DNA of 32,247 nt from positions 1 through 32,247 of the forward strand of contig JAUCBJ010006531.1 of the NCBI GenBank assembly GCA_032718475.1, read 5' to 3'. The DNA comes from Nemertoderma westbladi. Taxonomy: Eukaryota; Animalia; Xenacoelomorpha. Positions 9,300 to 20,800 of this stretch are shown one piece after another (within the stretch, counting starts at the first letter, position 1; each line of letters begins with the position of its first letter). Both the position numbers and the translations under genes were made by a program. The notes under the pieces are model-generated. The model made no database searches. It saw only the letters and a list, made by a program, of their open reading frames with translations, and was not told the origin of the DNA.

Positions 9300-12221
9300 T
9301 CGTGGTATCGAGGCAAACTCTTTTATAATTTCGTTGTTTTCAAGTTTCTGTTGCGGTGAACAGCAAGAAGGGCAAGACCAGCTAATCGCTCTTCTTCAAT
9401 TGTGTTCCTAGGGTAAGTCTTCAATCGTCTTAGTGTGCTGAATGTTCTCTCTGAAGTGGCTGTTGAAACAGGGAGAACATCCATTATTTTCAACAGTTTA
9501 TGGACATTGGGATACACATCTTTATTACAAGCAGATAAGGCATTATCATCTTCTTTATAAATATCTGATGATCTAGACCATTTCGATCTCCAACGATCTA
9601 TTTCAATTCAAGCAAGACAACCGCAGCTTCATCTAAGTCTGTAGCATAAACAAACGGTTTATGGCATTGTCATCATAGCTAGTTGATACAGTCTTTGGTA
9701 GGAGGCACCACAATGCTGAACATCGCTTCAACTGATCAGTGAAGTGAAACGATCTTGAAACTGTGAAATTAGGAACTCAACATAGGGGATATAAACAGAT
9801 TGGCGGAAGAAAGCTTCAGGGTCATTTGTCTGGTATTTAGAGCGCTGTGTCTGTCGCCCCCACTCGTCGCGGTAGATTAATTTCAATATCCAACCCTGAA
9901 CAGATTTGTTTAACCTTTTCAAACACTTTGAAAAACGATTTTTCAGCGTCCTCCCAATAGTGCTGCAAAATTCCTACAAACTCTTCCACTAATGAACTCT
10001 TTGTAATTCGACTTTGTAAAACGACTTCGTAATTGATGTAAATAGACTGTAAGCTTTAGCAGAAACCTCACTTATCATACTGAGAAGTTGAGCTAATTTC
10101 GTTTAGTATTTCCACGACTGCCTCATAGAGCTCTACAAATACAAGTACTGTGCATCGTATCTCTCGACCCAACGAGTTTCACAGATCATCTTCAATCGAT
10201 TGTACTTTGCCTTGGGCAACAGTTTCTCTACATTTTGGGCAAGAAGTTGGGACCGTTTGGCTGAACGTGAAGATAAGAATACATATATTTGCTCCAAAGT
10301 TCCCATAGCATTTCTTATTGGTGGGAGTTCCGACGACTTCGAGACCACAAGATTTAAAACTATAACAGTGGGTATACATAGCTATGGGATACTCTTGTTG
10401 GATTCTAGCTTGAACTGCCTTATCTATTCCACTCATATTACCAGCCCCATCGTAACGCTGTCCTTGTAACATTGAGAGGTGAAACCCTAGTTTTGAGAGT
10501 GACCATATTGACTGCGATAAAGTGTTGCCTGTTGTTTTGTTGCACATCTATAAAAGTGAGAAACTCTTCCCTTATAATAGTAGGCATGTCTTTCTCCTCA
10601 GAAACATATCTAACTGAAATACTCTTCAGCTAAAACTGAAAAATATTCAGCTTCACTTACATCTTGAATTACTGGCTGCTGTATTTGTTTGCCCATAATA
10701 TTAATTAATTCATATTGTACAGTATCTGATAAACAACTCGCGTTCTTTGGGGCATTAAAAAATAAAGATTGAGTGTTCTCATCAACAGTTTGAAGTCGCA
10801 ATCTCAGTGTTGCGATCGAAAAACCCCATCATTGTGAATAGGTTCCTCTCTGGTTAACAAACCTTGGTCACGATGCCCTCGAAGATAAGAGGCAACTCTT
10901 GCCAATCGCAGAATTCTATCACTTTTATAACATGGGAAAATGAATCTCTATTCTCTAGGACGTTCTGCTGAAAGTAGATTTCGCACATCTAGTGTTGTCT
11001 CTCACAAGAAGGAATCGCTCAACCTTCTCAGCATAAATACAATGATATGTATTATTTTCGTGATTTTTAAGTCTGTATGATTCAAGCATCCTTGTACATA
11101 TTACATAGCGACAAGATCAACTTACCAAGTTTCTGGGAGCATTTAGTCACTTCTGTTGGAGCGAATGCAACACACCATTTACATCATTCAACACCATTTA
11201 GAATAAGCTTCACCCGCTTTATGTCAGTGGGTACAACGAGTCAAAGGGAACAAAACGAGTCAAAGGGGACAACAGGAAAGGGTAAAACAAGTCAAAGGGT
11301 ACAAACTACAAACCAGGCGGTCAAAGGGTACAAAACAGGCAGTGAAAGGGTACAAACATGTCAAAGTGTACAACATCAAAGTGTACAACGAGTCAAAGGG
11401 TACAAAACAAGGCGGTTATTTAGTTCGTTTATTATTTTGGTTTGGGTTAGTTGGAACCCCAAGTCATAATCTAAGAAATTTAGCGGAATTTCTGACATTA
11501 TTGCCACAATGTTAATGGTAATATTGCCATACTGAATGGCAATAATGTCACAAATTACGCTAAATTTCTTAGATTATGACTTAGGGTTAGGGTTACATGA
11601 CAGTTTTAATTAGGGTTGAGGCCGTCACTTAACTGTAACCATCGAGTTTCATTCATACAGCATAAAAATCCCTGTTGGTCACTTTGACCTGTTGTACACT
11701 TTCTATAACATTTGTACCCTTTGACGTGGCTGTTGTTCACTTTGACCTATTTTTCAATTTTTGTACTCTTTGACTCGATATACCCATTGACTCGGAATCG
11801 CCCCATCATCATGATGGGCAGGGCACTTACGATAGCCACTTGTAATATTGTAGCCATTCGTGTTGAAAAAAGCTCTTGATCTTCCCACATAAGACCATGG
11901 GAAACCTGTAGTTTTGCAGGAGGTGTCCAGGATTCTTTTATTAATGAATATATTTCATTATCGGCATATTTTGTGTTGGATGTCTTGCGAACTGAAACAA
12001 AATGGGCCACATCGTTGGCGATGCTGTGAATCATCCTGCGAGCTCGATGGGCCTACCTCGTATCTGTTGGGATCATCAGGTTCAGTACTGGTACGTGAGT
12101 ATATTGAATGTTTGGGGGGTGGGCTCACTCTCTCGTCCTCCTCTTGATGTTGCACTCTACCAAAAAAATTATCCAGGTTCCCCTGGCGGATTCTCTCAGG
12201 AACACTCATTATAATAAACAA
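9300..12221 (-). pseudogene. Decayed hAT-superfamily transposase (ZMYM1/PRKRIR(THAP12)-like: TTF-type zinc finger, DUF4371 region, hAT C-terminal dimerisation domain)
   Basis: Fragments across frames: FQHEWLQYYKWLS..CKWCVAF, NAPKNASCLSDTVQYELI..YFSVLA, GQRYDGAGNMSG..YTHCYS, SAKRSQLL..CETRWVERYDA and YPNVHKLLKIMDVLPVSTATSERTFSTLRRLKTY..EERLAGLALLAVHR. There are many stops and frameshifts, and TIRs were not identified. Confidence 0.88.
11206..11827. mobile_element. Foldback/MITE-like insertion inside the hAT transposase, with GTCAAAGGGTACAA subrepeats in inverted orientation and a nested 52-bp hairpin
   Basis: 11223-11255 (gtcagtgggtacaacgagtcaaagggaacaaaa) is approximately the reverse complement of 11759-11791. 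The inner arms 11455-11506 and 11537-11588 differ at 3 positions. Removing the insert at the flanking TA dinucleotides restores W-L-S-Y-S-K in the transposase. Confidence 0.8.
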
Positions 12222-12578
12222 ACTTACAAAAATAATATAAAAAATATTAACTGAAAAATAATACCGGTGGTTATTTTATACAAAAACCGCCAATTTATCG
12301 GTAAACCTCCAGTGAATCTCGCTACAAAATAACCAGAAATTAATTCGAGAAACTGCCAGTGTTGTCTTAACCCTATTCCACCTACCTAGGCTATTTTGTC
12401 AGAGATTCCTCCTGGGGTTAGGCAATATATGCCTAACAGTTTTCAGACTAAAAAGTTATGATAATTTTATCAAAATTTTACAAATTTTCTCATGTTTATA
12501 GAAAAATATATAATACATCTGTTCTGAGTTTTATATATTAATAATTCAAAATTAAGTTTTAAGGTTTGGTGGAATCTA

Positions 12579-12610
12579 GTCTGTCTGTCTGTCTGTCGCT
12601 TGTCTGCCTG
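12579..12610. repeat. (TCTG)n microsatellite, probably the end of another HINE-like repeat
   Basis: gtctgtctgtctgtctgtcgcttgtctgcctg, followed by gatatctcgaga (12652), a motif also seen at about 506. Confidence 0.55.
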
Positions 12611-13983
12611 TATTACAATTTGACTAGCTGACCGTCATACAGAAAACCAGCGATATCTCGAGAACTAATAAAGGTTCCGCTAATGCGGTTTTCAGATTTA
12701 AAATCCTCATTAAATTCTGCTATAGATTTTAAATAAAAACAGTTATTTGAAATTTTGACAAGGGGGGCAATAGATGAAGAAAACAGATGTAGTCAAACAC
12801 TTAACTCATAAGATCTAAACGTTAAATGGCACTAACCCAAATAAGTGCAATCGTCTGAATCATTGACCCAATAATTTATAGATCACCAAATAATTATTTA
12901 GGTTCAATTAATTTAATGGCCATTATTTTTTTGACGTGTGTTTTGTTGGGAAGCCATGTCGCCGACGCAGTGTAGATTCCGCTACTGTAAGAAGAATCGA
13001 TGATTTCAAAATCTTTTCGGTGGAATATTTGAACATCGTTTCAGTGAACGATTTTGCGAAGATTATAAAAATACACAATAAACATAGTAAAGGATTTAAT
13101 TGCATAGTTAGTATTGCATAGATTAATTATTATAAAAACTCACAGAATACACTCTAGAACACGGTTAATATTGAATTAACAAAAAAGTAAAACAAATCAA
13201 CAGTTTGTTGTATCTGTAATAATTAAAGCAATGGAGATGCGGTTAAAATAATAATAAATTAGTCAATGAAATTATTAATCACAAACATGTTTACCGCTGA
13301 GTGAAACACAAATACTTCACAAATATATTGCCAAATACAAAATATTGCGCATATTCCAACTTCCAATATACTGTACATGAAATGTCTATATGACATCTAA
13401 TGTCATGTCGTCAATAGAAAAGGCAACAAAGTTAAATTTACTGAAAAAAAAGTGAAAAATACATTTATATAATTGTTATTTTGTCGACAAACTAAAATTT
13501 TATAAAATGATAAATTGATACTCACCCTTCAATCAGTCCCCCCCCCCCCCCCCCCCCCCGAAAATAAATACAATTTAATTATAAAATATAAAAAGCAGGT
13601 GGATTGAGTCTCGAATAATAACGCTTACTACAGGGGACCGGGGATTCGCATATTTTATTTTATTTTTATTCTTATTCTATATAGTTAGTTGTTTTTAAGG
13701 GGGAATTATATAGATTTCTTTATGATTTATATATCCAACCCGTTTGATTGTATCTTAAGCCGCTAGTGTATCTTAATTTTAAAATTGGAATTATGGAGGG
13801 ATTAAGTAAAAATTACTGCTAAATAGGTGAACAAATTTCAAAGTTTTTCCATCTAGAAATATTTTTCATAGAAACCAAAGTTTGTGTCGAATATTGAAGA
13901 AAATATTAGATTGTTAGTTACAGTAGTTATGCGATTCACCCTTTATTTAAATGTTTCTCCTAATAAGATCACAACCTGATCTC

Positions 13984-14850
13984 CTACTCCATGTACACGA
14001 ACGCGTTTTCCTTCTCTCTCTCAGCCTCTGCCAACACCAGCCGGGCCTTCGCCTCCTCCTCCGCCTCCCGTCTGGCCACGGCGATTTGGGACCGGAACTT
14101 GGTCAGTAGCACGTCGTGCGGCTGTTGGTCCGGTAACCGTTTAGTGTATTCGAACTTCCGACGAGTCGGAGTCGACCCAGTCGGGACGTCGACTCGGAGA
14201 CCCGAAACGTAATCCGCTAACTCAACGTCGAGATCCTCCACAGTCTCTTCAACCTCTCTAAAGTAACTATTAATGTAACTCGAATTATTATCGTTTACTA
14301 ATTCTTCCAAGGTCGCCGTTTGACGAGTTTGGTTATCCGCCATTATATTGGTAATGGATCTCGAACGATCACAATGATCAGTTACTAACGAATCCAATGA
14401 GTTTGATACCGAAACTCCAGTCTCTGCGAGGCCCTCACCAAAGGTTTCCGCCTCCAACTTCAGTTCTTCATTAATCTCAACCATGGATTCTTCAACTCTT
14501 TCTGACACCGCGGTTCTCAGATTTAGAATCTCGGACACATCCTCCTGTACGTCACTAACCATGGTAACAAGGTTCCTCTTATATTCCTCTAATTCCTCCA
14601 CTCCTGACTGACAGCCCGAAGTGGTATCGTCTATCACTCTATTCAACTCGGTTCTAATCGAGTTGGATTGGTTATAAGTCGCCGCGGCGCTGTCTGAAAC
14701 AATACCTCGGATAGAGTTGAGGTTAGATACTCGGGATTCCTTGGATTGTATTACATCCTCTTTCGCGGTATCGACCAAAGACATCAACAGGGCCTTCAAT
14801 TGGTCTAGTTTGTTCATTTGCGAATCATGATCATCTCCAATATCTGCAAT
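13984..14850 (-). CDS. KIF11: Kinesin-5 (KIF11/Eg5/BimC) exon: distal stalk and tail with BimC box; probable last coding exon
   Basis: Acceptor tttctttgcag|att (phase 0). Coiled-coil-like sequence leads to the BimC box DVPTGSTPTRRKFEY (TGxTPxRR, Cdk1 site), a KEN motif at 14005-14013 and a TAG stop at 13984-13986. Confidence 0.9.
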   Translation of the reverse strand: MADIGDDHDSQMNKLDQLKALLMSLVDTAKEDVIQSKESRVSNLNSIRGIVSDSAAATYNQSNSIRTELNRVIDDTTSGCQSGVEELEEYKRNLVTMVSDVQEDVSEILNLRTAVSERVEESMVEINEELKLEAETFGEGLAETGVSVSNSLDSLVTDHCDRSRSITNIMADNQTRQTATLEELVNDNNSSYINSYFREVEETVEDLDVELADYVSGLRVDVPTGSTPTRRKFEYTKRLPDQQPHDVLLTKFRSQIAVARREAEEEAKARLVLAEAEREKENAFVYME

Positions 14851-14909
14851 CTGCAAAGAAATTGGATTAGAACAACAATAACAGAAACAACAAAGATGCT
14901 TCCGTGAAA

Positions 14910-15288
14910 ATGTAGGACTTATTTAATTTATCGTGTAGCACTCCCACAGAGCTATAGAACCAATATTATGAATGGGATAATCTTTTAGGCTCGTTAAGCC
15001 AAGAATGCCTGTTCACCACCATGGGTGATTTTCCACAGTAAACCCTTCCACTCTGTTTCCTAAAGGAATGCCTGTTCACCACCATGGGTGATCTTCCACA
15101 GTAAACCCTTCCACTCTGTTTCCCAAGTTGCCTTGGTTCCCATTTATCGAGCAGTTATGGATAAAATCCAGGGTTGGGCTAGGCAGCATCGTTTAAATCA
15201 CTGTGCCCAAACAGTGCTGCCCGATCTAGGGATCGAACCAGGGCTTCCAAATTGGAAGCCCAGGAATTTCACCACTCGACCAAGCTGC
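14910..15288 (-). mobile_element. tRNA-derived SINE in a kinesin-5 intron, with an internal 63-bp tandem duplication
   Basis: The minus-strand head gcagcttggtcgagtggtgaaattcctgggcttccaatttggaagccctggttcgatccctagatcggg has a Pol III A box (TGGTCGAGTGG) and B box (GGTTCGATCC), followed by about 300 bp of non-tRNA body and an A-rich end. 15003-15060 is duplicated at 15066-15123. Confidence 0.7.
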
Positions 15289-15423
15289 TGATTAGAACCA
15301 ATTTACATTACTTACATTACATTACTGACAAAGGGAGGAATGGGGCTTGGAATCAGCGATACAATACCTGGGACTCCCTAGACACCAGCCTAGACAGCTC
15401 GCCAATACATATAAATAACTCAC

Positions 15424-15545
15424 ATCCTTATCTATTGTTGACATCATGGTTGTCTGGCAACGATCAATGTCACCCTGCATTTCATCCAGTCGGATATTAT
15501 GTTCCCGCCTGAGATCTTCCAAATCGCGGTTAATCTTATTAAAAT
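15424..15545 (-). CDS. KIF11: Kinesin-5 stalk exon (122 nt, phase 1 to 0)
   Basis: Acceptor ttccgtcttttcag| and donor gat|gtgagt. Encodes FNKINRDLEDLRREHNIRLDEMQGDIDRCQTTMMSTIDKD, with phases matching both neighbours. Confidence 0.82.
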
Positions 15546-15862
15546 CTGAAAAGACGGAAATTTAGACTAGTACAGCGTGAAAGTGAACGAGTGTGAAATC
15601 ACTGACTACCCTGTGATTAAATAAGGGCAATTCAAAAAGGACGTCCAAGAAAATCCCCCTCCCCTTTCTGGGTATGTCCTGATTTATATAACAACCGCCC
15701 CTCCCCCAGTTTGGTTTACAATAAAATAATAATACAAATTGGACTACTAGAAGAATTCCTGCCATATTTCAAACATTACTGACATAGCATATTATTACCT
15801 TATTTCATTATTTATTTTATCTTACCTTAACATAATGGCTCGACCCAACACTATAAACTTAC

Positions 15863-16021
15863 TGTTTTGTATTCGCTGGTGATATTGCGCAACAATAGAG
15901 GAACTCCGTTTGGTTAACCTTTCTGATATACACGTCTCCAATTGGCCGAAAAGAATATCGAATTGTGAATAACAAAATGACTCGATGTCCTGAGTTAATG
16001 ACGATATCTGAGCATATCTCT
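15863..16021 (-). CDS. KIF11: Kinesin-5 stalk exon (159 nt, phase 1 to 1)
   Basis: Acceptor ttctgttttctag| and donor aca|gtaagt. Encodes RYAQISSLTQDIESFCYSQFDILFGQLETCISERLTKRSSSIVAQYHQRIQN, with compatible phases. Confidence 0.82.
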
Positions 16022-17629
16022 CTAGAAAACAGAAAAAATAAGAATCACCACCACATAGAAATAAAAAATGTGTAAAGTGTTCCAAAAATACTTAGCTTTA
16101 ACTACAGGGATGGGTAAATAAGAAAACAATTTGTATGTAGCATGTCGTACGAATTTAAACACAATCCGTTTATCACATATTATTCCAGGTCGCCAAAATA
16201 TCAATCATGCAACAAGGTGAAAAGAGCCCAACCTTGTATTTACTTTTAAACTTTATGGGTGCTCAAATAAAGCACCCTTATCCTTAAATAAGAACCCTCC
16301 GTCTGTAGCTGTGCTAATTTATCTTAAACGTACCTTAAATTTAAATATAAAAATACCGGTTCATTTAGTGTAAAAATAATTTAAAAGAAAAGGTATAATT
16401 TTGTTGAAGCGGAGTATTCAAAATCGTTAAAAATTAAAGAAAAAAAAATCTTCATTTTGAATTGTAGTTTTGTTGTATTTGTTGATTTTATGTTGTTGTT
16501 TGTGTACACTACATAATGTTGTATATGTGATGTACAAGAAATATTTTTAATTTGAAAAAATCACTGATCTCTGGGTAAAAATGTTTAAATAAATTCAGAT
16601 AGACTAGTATATAATAAAGGATTTAATCTCCCCAAAAACTAGAGGTTCCTATACTTTACACACTAACAGATTGGATAGATTGTGTGTGGCCCTTTTTATC
16701 GTTTTATTCAACAAATATTTAGTTAGATCCTTGGAAATGTTTGATATTATCATTACAGAGTGTCATGCTATAATAAAGAGAGGTTGAGTTTGCGATGTTA
16801 GGTCGAAATAGGGATATGAGTCAGAAAATGTTTTTAATTTTTTATTATTGTTCATAAATTAATTATTTAAAGTTTACGTTTAAAATTAAATATTTACAGA
16901 AATATCCTCATATTAATTGAATAAATAGAAATAATAAGGTTTGACCTAAATTTGTGATCAAACTAAAAAAGAAAAGGTTGCGTTTGGTTTACTAATGATA
17001 TATGCGGGGGGCGGTGGGGGGTGTTAATGCGGTGGGGGGTGTTAATGCAAGGTATTTTTTGGGCTTTGCTTTGGTTTGCCCGCACCCCCACCCCACCCCC
17101 CCCCCCCCCCCCCCCCATCCGCGCCTGGGTACCTCAAGTTAAGTTTATCAATGACAATTGCTAGAGGACTACTGGCTGATGAATTTTTTAGCAAAATTAT
17201 GACCCCATGGAGAGCGAAAAAATTTGTCTGTTTTTTTTTGCAAAATGATCGATGTACTGAATTGGAATTGTTTGTTTTCAGAGGGTTTTAATCAGAATAG
17301 AATGCAACAAAATAGTTCCCGGCTTTGGCCAGAATTCCTAGCTCTTTTCCCGGTTGTTATACACCCTGTGCAGGTTTCCTTAAAGACTTATTATTAATAT
17401 ATTGTGGCAGTTCGTCTGCTACGATCTATATTATTTACTAATTATAATCGTTTCTTTCAGTTTAAAATAAACGCAGATTAGGTAGGCCTACGGTCCAAAG
17501 ATACAGCAGCACAGTCAGAAAGTTGGGTGAACTGCAACTTGTCTTTCCCGTTGTCCTAACAACCACCCAGTTTCCAATGTTACCTAAGATAATGCCATTC
17601 TGAGTTGTTTTATCTGCTATAATATTCAC

Positions 17630-17822
17630 CTTTTTTCTCATCAACAAACTTCCTAAAGTTATCTTGAAGGTAGTCCTTCAAAGAAACGAGTTCATCACTG
17701 AAGTCATCTCTCATGCTATTCAAAGACTCCATTACACAATCGGTATCCTTAGCAACCCGACGACTTTCCATAGCAACCGATTCTTTAAGGTTCGCCTTCG
17801 TCGTTTCGTGGTGTTCAATAAA
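17630..17822 (-). CDS. KIF11: Kinesin-5 stalk exon (193 nt, phase 0 to 1)
   Basis: Acceptor gttgttattgcag| and donor aag|gtgaat. Encodes FIEHHETTKANLKESVAMESRR...QDNFRKFVDEKK, with compatible phases. Confidence 0.82.
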
Positions 17823-17859
17823 CTGCAATAACAACCAAATATAAACGAAATAACAAAGA

Positions 17860-20800
17860 TGTGCCAGTATGGTAGGTGGGCTATAGCGAAACGGCGGTGT
17901 GCCGGTATGGTAGGTGGGCTATAGCGAAACGGCGGTGTGCCGGTATGGTAGGTGGGCTATATAGCGAAATGGCGGTGTGCCAGTATGGTAGGTGGGCTAT
18001 AGCGAAACGGCGGTCTGCCGGTATGGTAGGTGGGCTATAACGAAACGGCGGTCTGCCGGTATGGTAGGTGGGCTATAGCGAAACGGCGGTGTGCAAGTAT
18101 GGTAGGTGGGCTATAGCGAAACGGCGGTGTGCCAGTATGGTAGGTGGGCTATAGCGAAACGGCGGTGTGCCAGTATGGTAGGTGGCTATAGCGAAACGGC
18201 GGTGTGCCAGTATGGTAGGTGGGCTATAGCGAAACGGCGGTCTGCCGGTATGGTAGGTGGGCTATAGCGAAACGGCGGTGTGCCAGTATGGTAGGTGGGC
18301 TATAGCGAAACGGCGGTGTGCCAGTATGGTAGGTGGGCTATAGTGAAACGGCGGTGTGCCTGTATGGTAGGTGGGCTATAGCGAAACGGCGGTGTGCCAG
18401 TATGGTAGGTGGGCTATAGCGAAACGGCGGTGTGCCAGTATGGTAGGTGGGCTATAGTGAAACGGCGGTGTGCCTGTATGGTAGGTGGGCTATAGCGAAA
18501 CGGCGGTGTGCCAGTATGGTAGGTGGGCTATAGCGAAACGGCGGTGTGCCTGGTATGGTAGGTGGGCTATAGCGAAACGGCGGTCTGCCGGTATGGTAGG
18601 TGGGCTATAGCGAAACGGCGGTGTGCCAGTACGGTAGGTGGGCTATAGCGAAACGGCGGTGTGCCAGTATGGTAGGTGGGCTATAGCGAAACGGCGGTGT
18701 GCCGGTACGGTAGGTGGGCTATAGCGAAACGGCGGTGTGCCAGTATGGTAGGTGGCTATAGCGAAACGGCGGTGTGCCAGTATGGTAGGTGGGCTATAGC
18801 GAAACGGCGGTGTGCCGGTACGGTAGGTGGGCTATAGCGAAACGGCGGTGTGCCAGTATGGTAGGTGGGCTATATAGCGAAACGGCGGTGTGCCAGTATG
18901 GTAGGTGGGCTATAGCGAAACGGCGGTCTGCCGGTATGGTAGGTGGGCTATAGCGAAACGGCGGTGTGCCAGTATGGTAGGTGGGCTATAGCGAAACGGC
19001 GGTGTGCCAGTATGGTAGGTGGGCTATAGCGAAACGGCGGTGTGCCGGTACGGTAGGTGGGCTATAGCGAAACGGCGGTGTGCCAGTATGGTAGGTGGCT
19101 ATAGCGAAACGGCGGTGTGCCTGTATGGTAGGTGGGCTATAGCGAAACGGCGGTGTGCCGGTACGGTAGGTGGGCTATAGCGAAACGGCGGTGTGCCAGT
19201 ATGGTAGGTGGCTATAGCGAAACGGCGGTGTGCCAGTATGGTAGGTGGGCTATAGCGAAACGGCGGTGTGCCATTATGGTAGGTGGGCTATAGCGAAACG
19301 GCGGTCTGCCGGTATGGTAGGTGGGCTATAGCGAAACGGCGGTGTGCCAGTATGGTAGGTGGGTTATAGCGAAACGGCGGTGTGCCGGTACGGTAGGTGG
19401 GCTATAGCGAAACGGCGGTGTGCCAGTATGGTAGGTGGCTATAGCGAAACGGCGGTGTGCCAGTATGGTAGGTGGGCTATAGCGAAACGGCGGTGTGCCG
19501 GTACGGTAGGTGGGCTATAGCGAAACGGCGGTGTGCCGGTACGGTAGGTGGGCTATAGCGAAACGGCGGTGTGCCAGTATGGTAGGTGGCTATAGCGAAA
19601 CGGCGGTGTGCCAGTATGGTAGGTGGGCTATAGCGAAACGGCGGTGTGCCAGTATGGTAGGTGGGTTATAGCGAAACGGCGGTGTGCCGGTATGGTAGGT
19701 GGGCTATAGCGAAACGGCGGTGTGCCAGTATGGTAGGTGGGCTATAGCGAAACGGCGGTGTGCCGGTATGGTAGGTGGGCTATAGCGAAACGGCGGTGTG
19801 CCGGTATGGTAGGTGGGCTATAGCGAAACGGCGGTGTGCCGGTATGGTAGGTGGGCTATAGCGAAACGGCGGTGTGCCAGAATGGTAGGTGGGCTATATA
19901 GCGAAATGGCGGTGTGCCAGTATGGTAGGTGGGCTATAGCGAAACGGCGGTGTGCCAGTATGGTAGGTGGGCTATAGCGAAACGGCGGTGTGCCAGTATG
20001 GTAGGTGGGCTATAGCGAAACGGCGGTGTGCCAGTATGGTAGGTGGGCTATAGCGAAACGGCGGTGTGCCGGTATGGTAGGTGGGCTATAGCGAAACGGC
20101 GGTGTGCCAGTATGGTAGGTGGGCTATTATAGCGAAACGGCGGTGTGCCAGTATGGTAGGTGGGCTATAGCGAAACGGCGGTGTGCCAGTATAGTAGGTG
20201 GGCTATAGCGAAACGGCGGTCTGCCGGTATGGTAGGTGGGCTATAGGGAAACGGCGGTCGGCCAGTATGGTAGGTGGGCTACAGCGAAACGGCGGTGTGC
20301 CAGTATGGTAGGTGGGCTATAGCGAAACGGCGGTGTGCCAGTATGGTAGGTGGGCTATAGCGAAACGGCGGTGTGCCTGTATGGTAGGTGGGCTATAGCG
20401 AAACGGCGGTGTGCCAGTATGGTAGGTGGGCTATAGCGAAACGGCGGTGAGCCAGTATGGTAGGTGGGCTATAGCAAAACGGCGGTGTGCCGGTATGGTA
20501 GGTGGGCTATAGCGAAACGGCGGTGTGCCGGTATGGTAGGTGGGCTATAGCGAAACGGCGGTGTGCCTGTATGGTAGATGGGCTATAGCGAAACGGCGGT
20601 GTGCCGGTATGGTAGGTGGGCTATAGCGAAACGGCGGTGTGCTGGTATGGTAGGTGGGCTATAGCGAAACGGCGGTGTGCCAGTATGGTAGGTGGGCTAT
20701 AGCGAAACGGCGGTGTGCCAGTACGGTAGGTGGGCTATAGCGAAACGGCGGTGTGCCAGTATGGTAGGTGGGCTATAGCGAAACGGCGGTGTGCCAGTAC

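Noticed and set aside
11077-11469. 130-aa ORF
   Set aside because: It is antisense to the hAT remnant and runs into foldback subrepeats.
15216-15288. Functional tRNA-Gly gene
   Set aside because: The acceptor and anticodon stems pair poorly and a long SINE-like body follows.
15822-15862. Longer version of the kinesin exon using the donor ag|gtaaga near 15825
   Set aside because: It gives phase 2, incompatible with the next exon. The gtaagt donor at 15862 keeps the frame.
17005-17291. Proline-rich ORF and G/C tracts (also poly-C at 13538-13559)
   Set aside because: Low-complexity intronic homopolymer runs with no coding or structural support.
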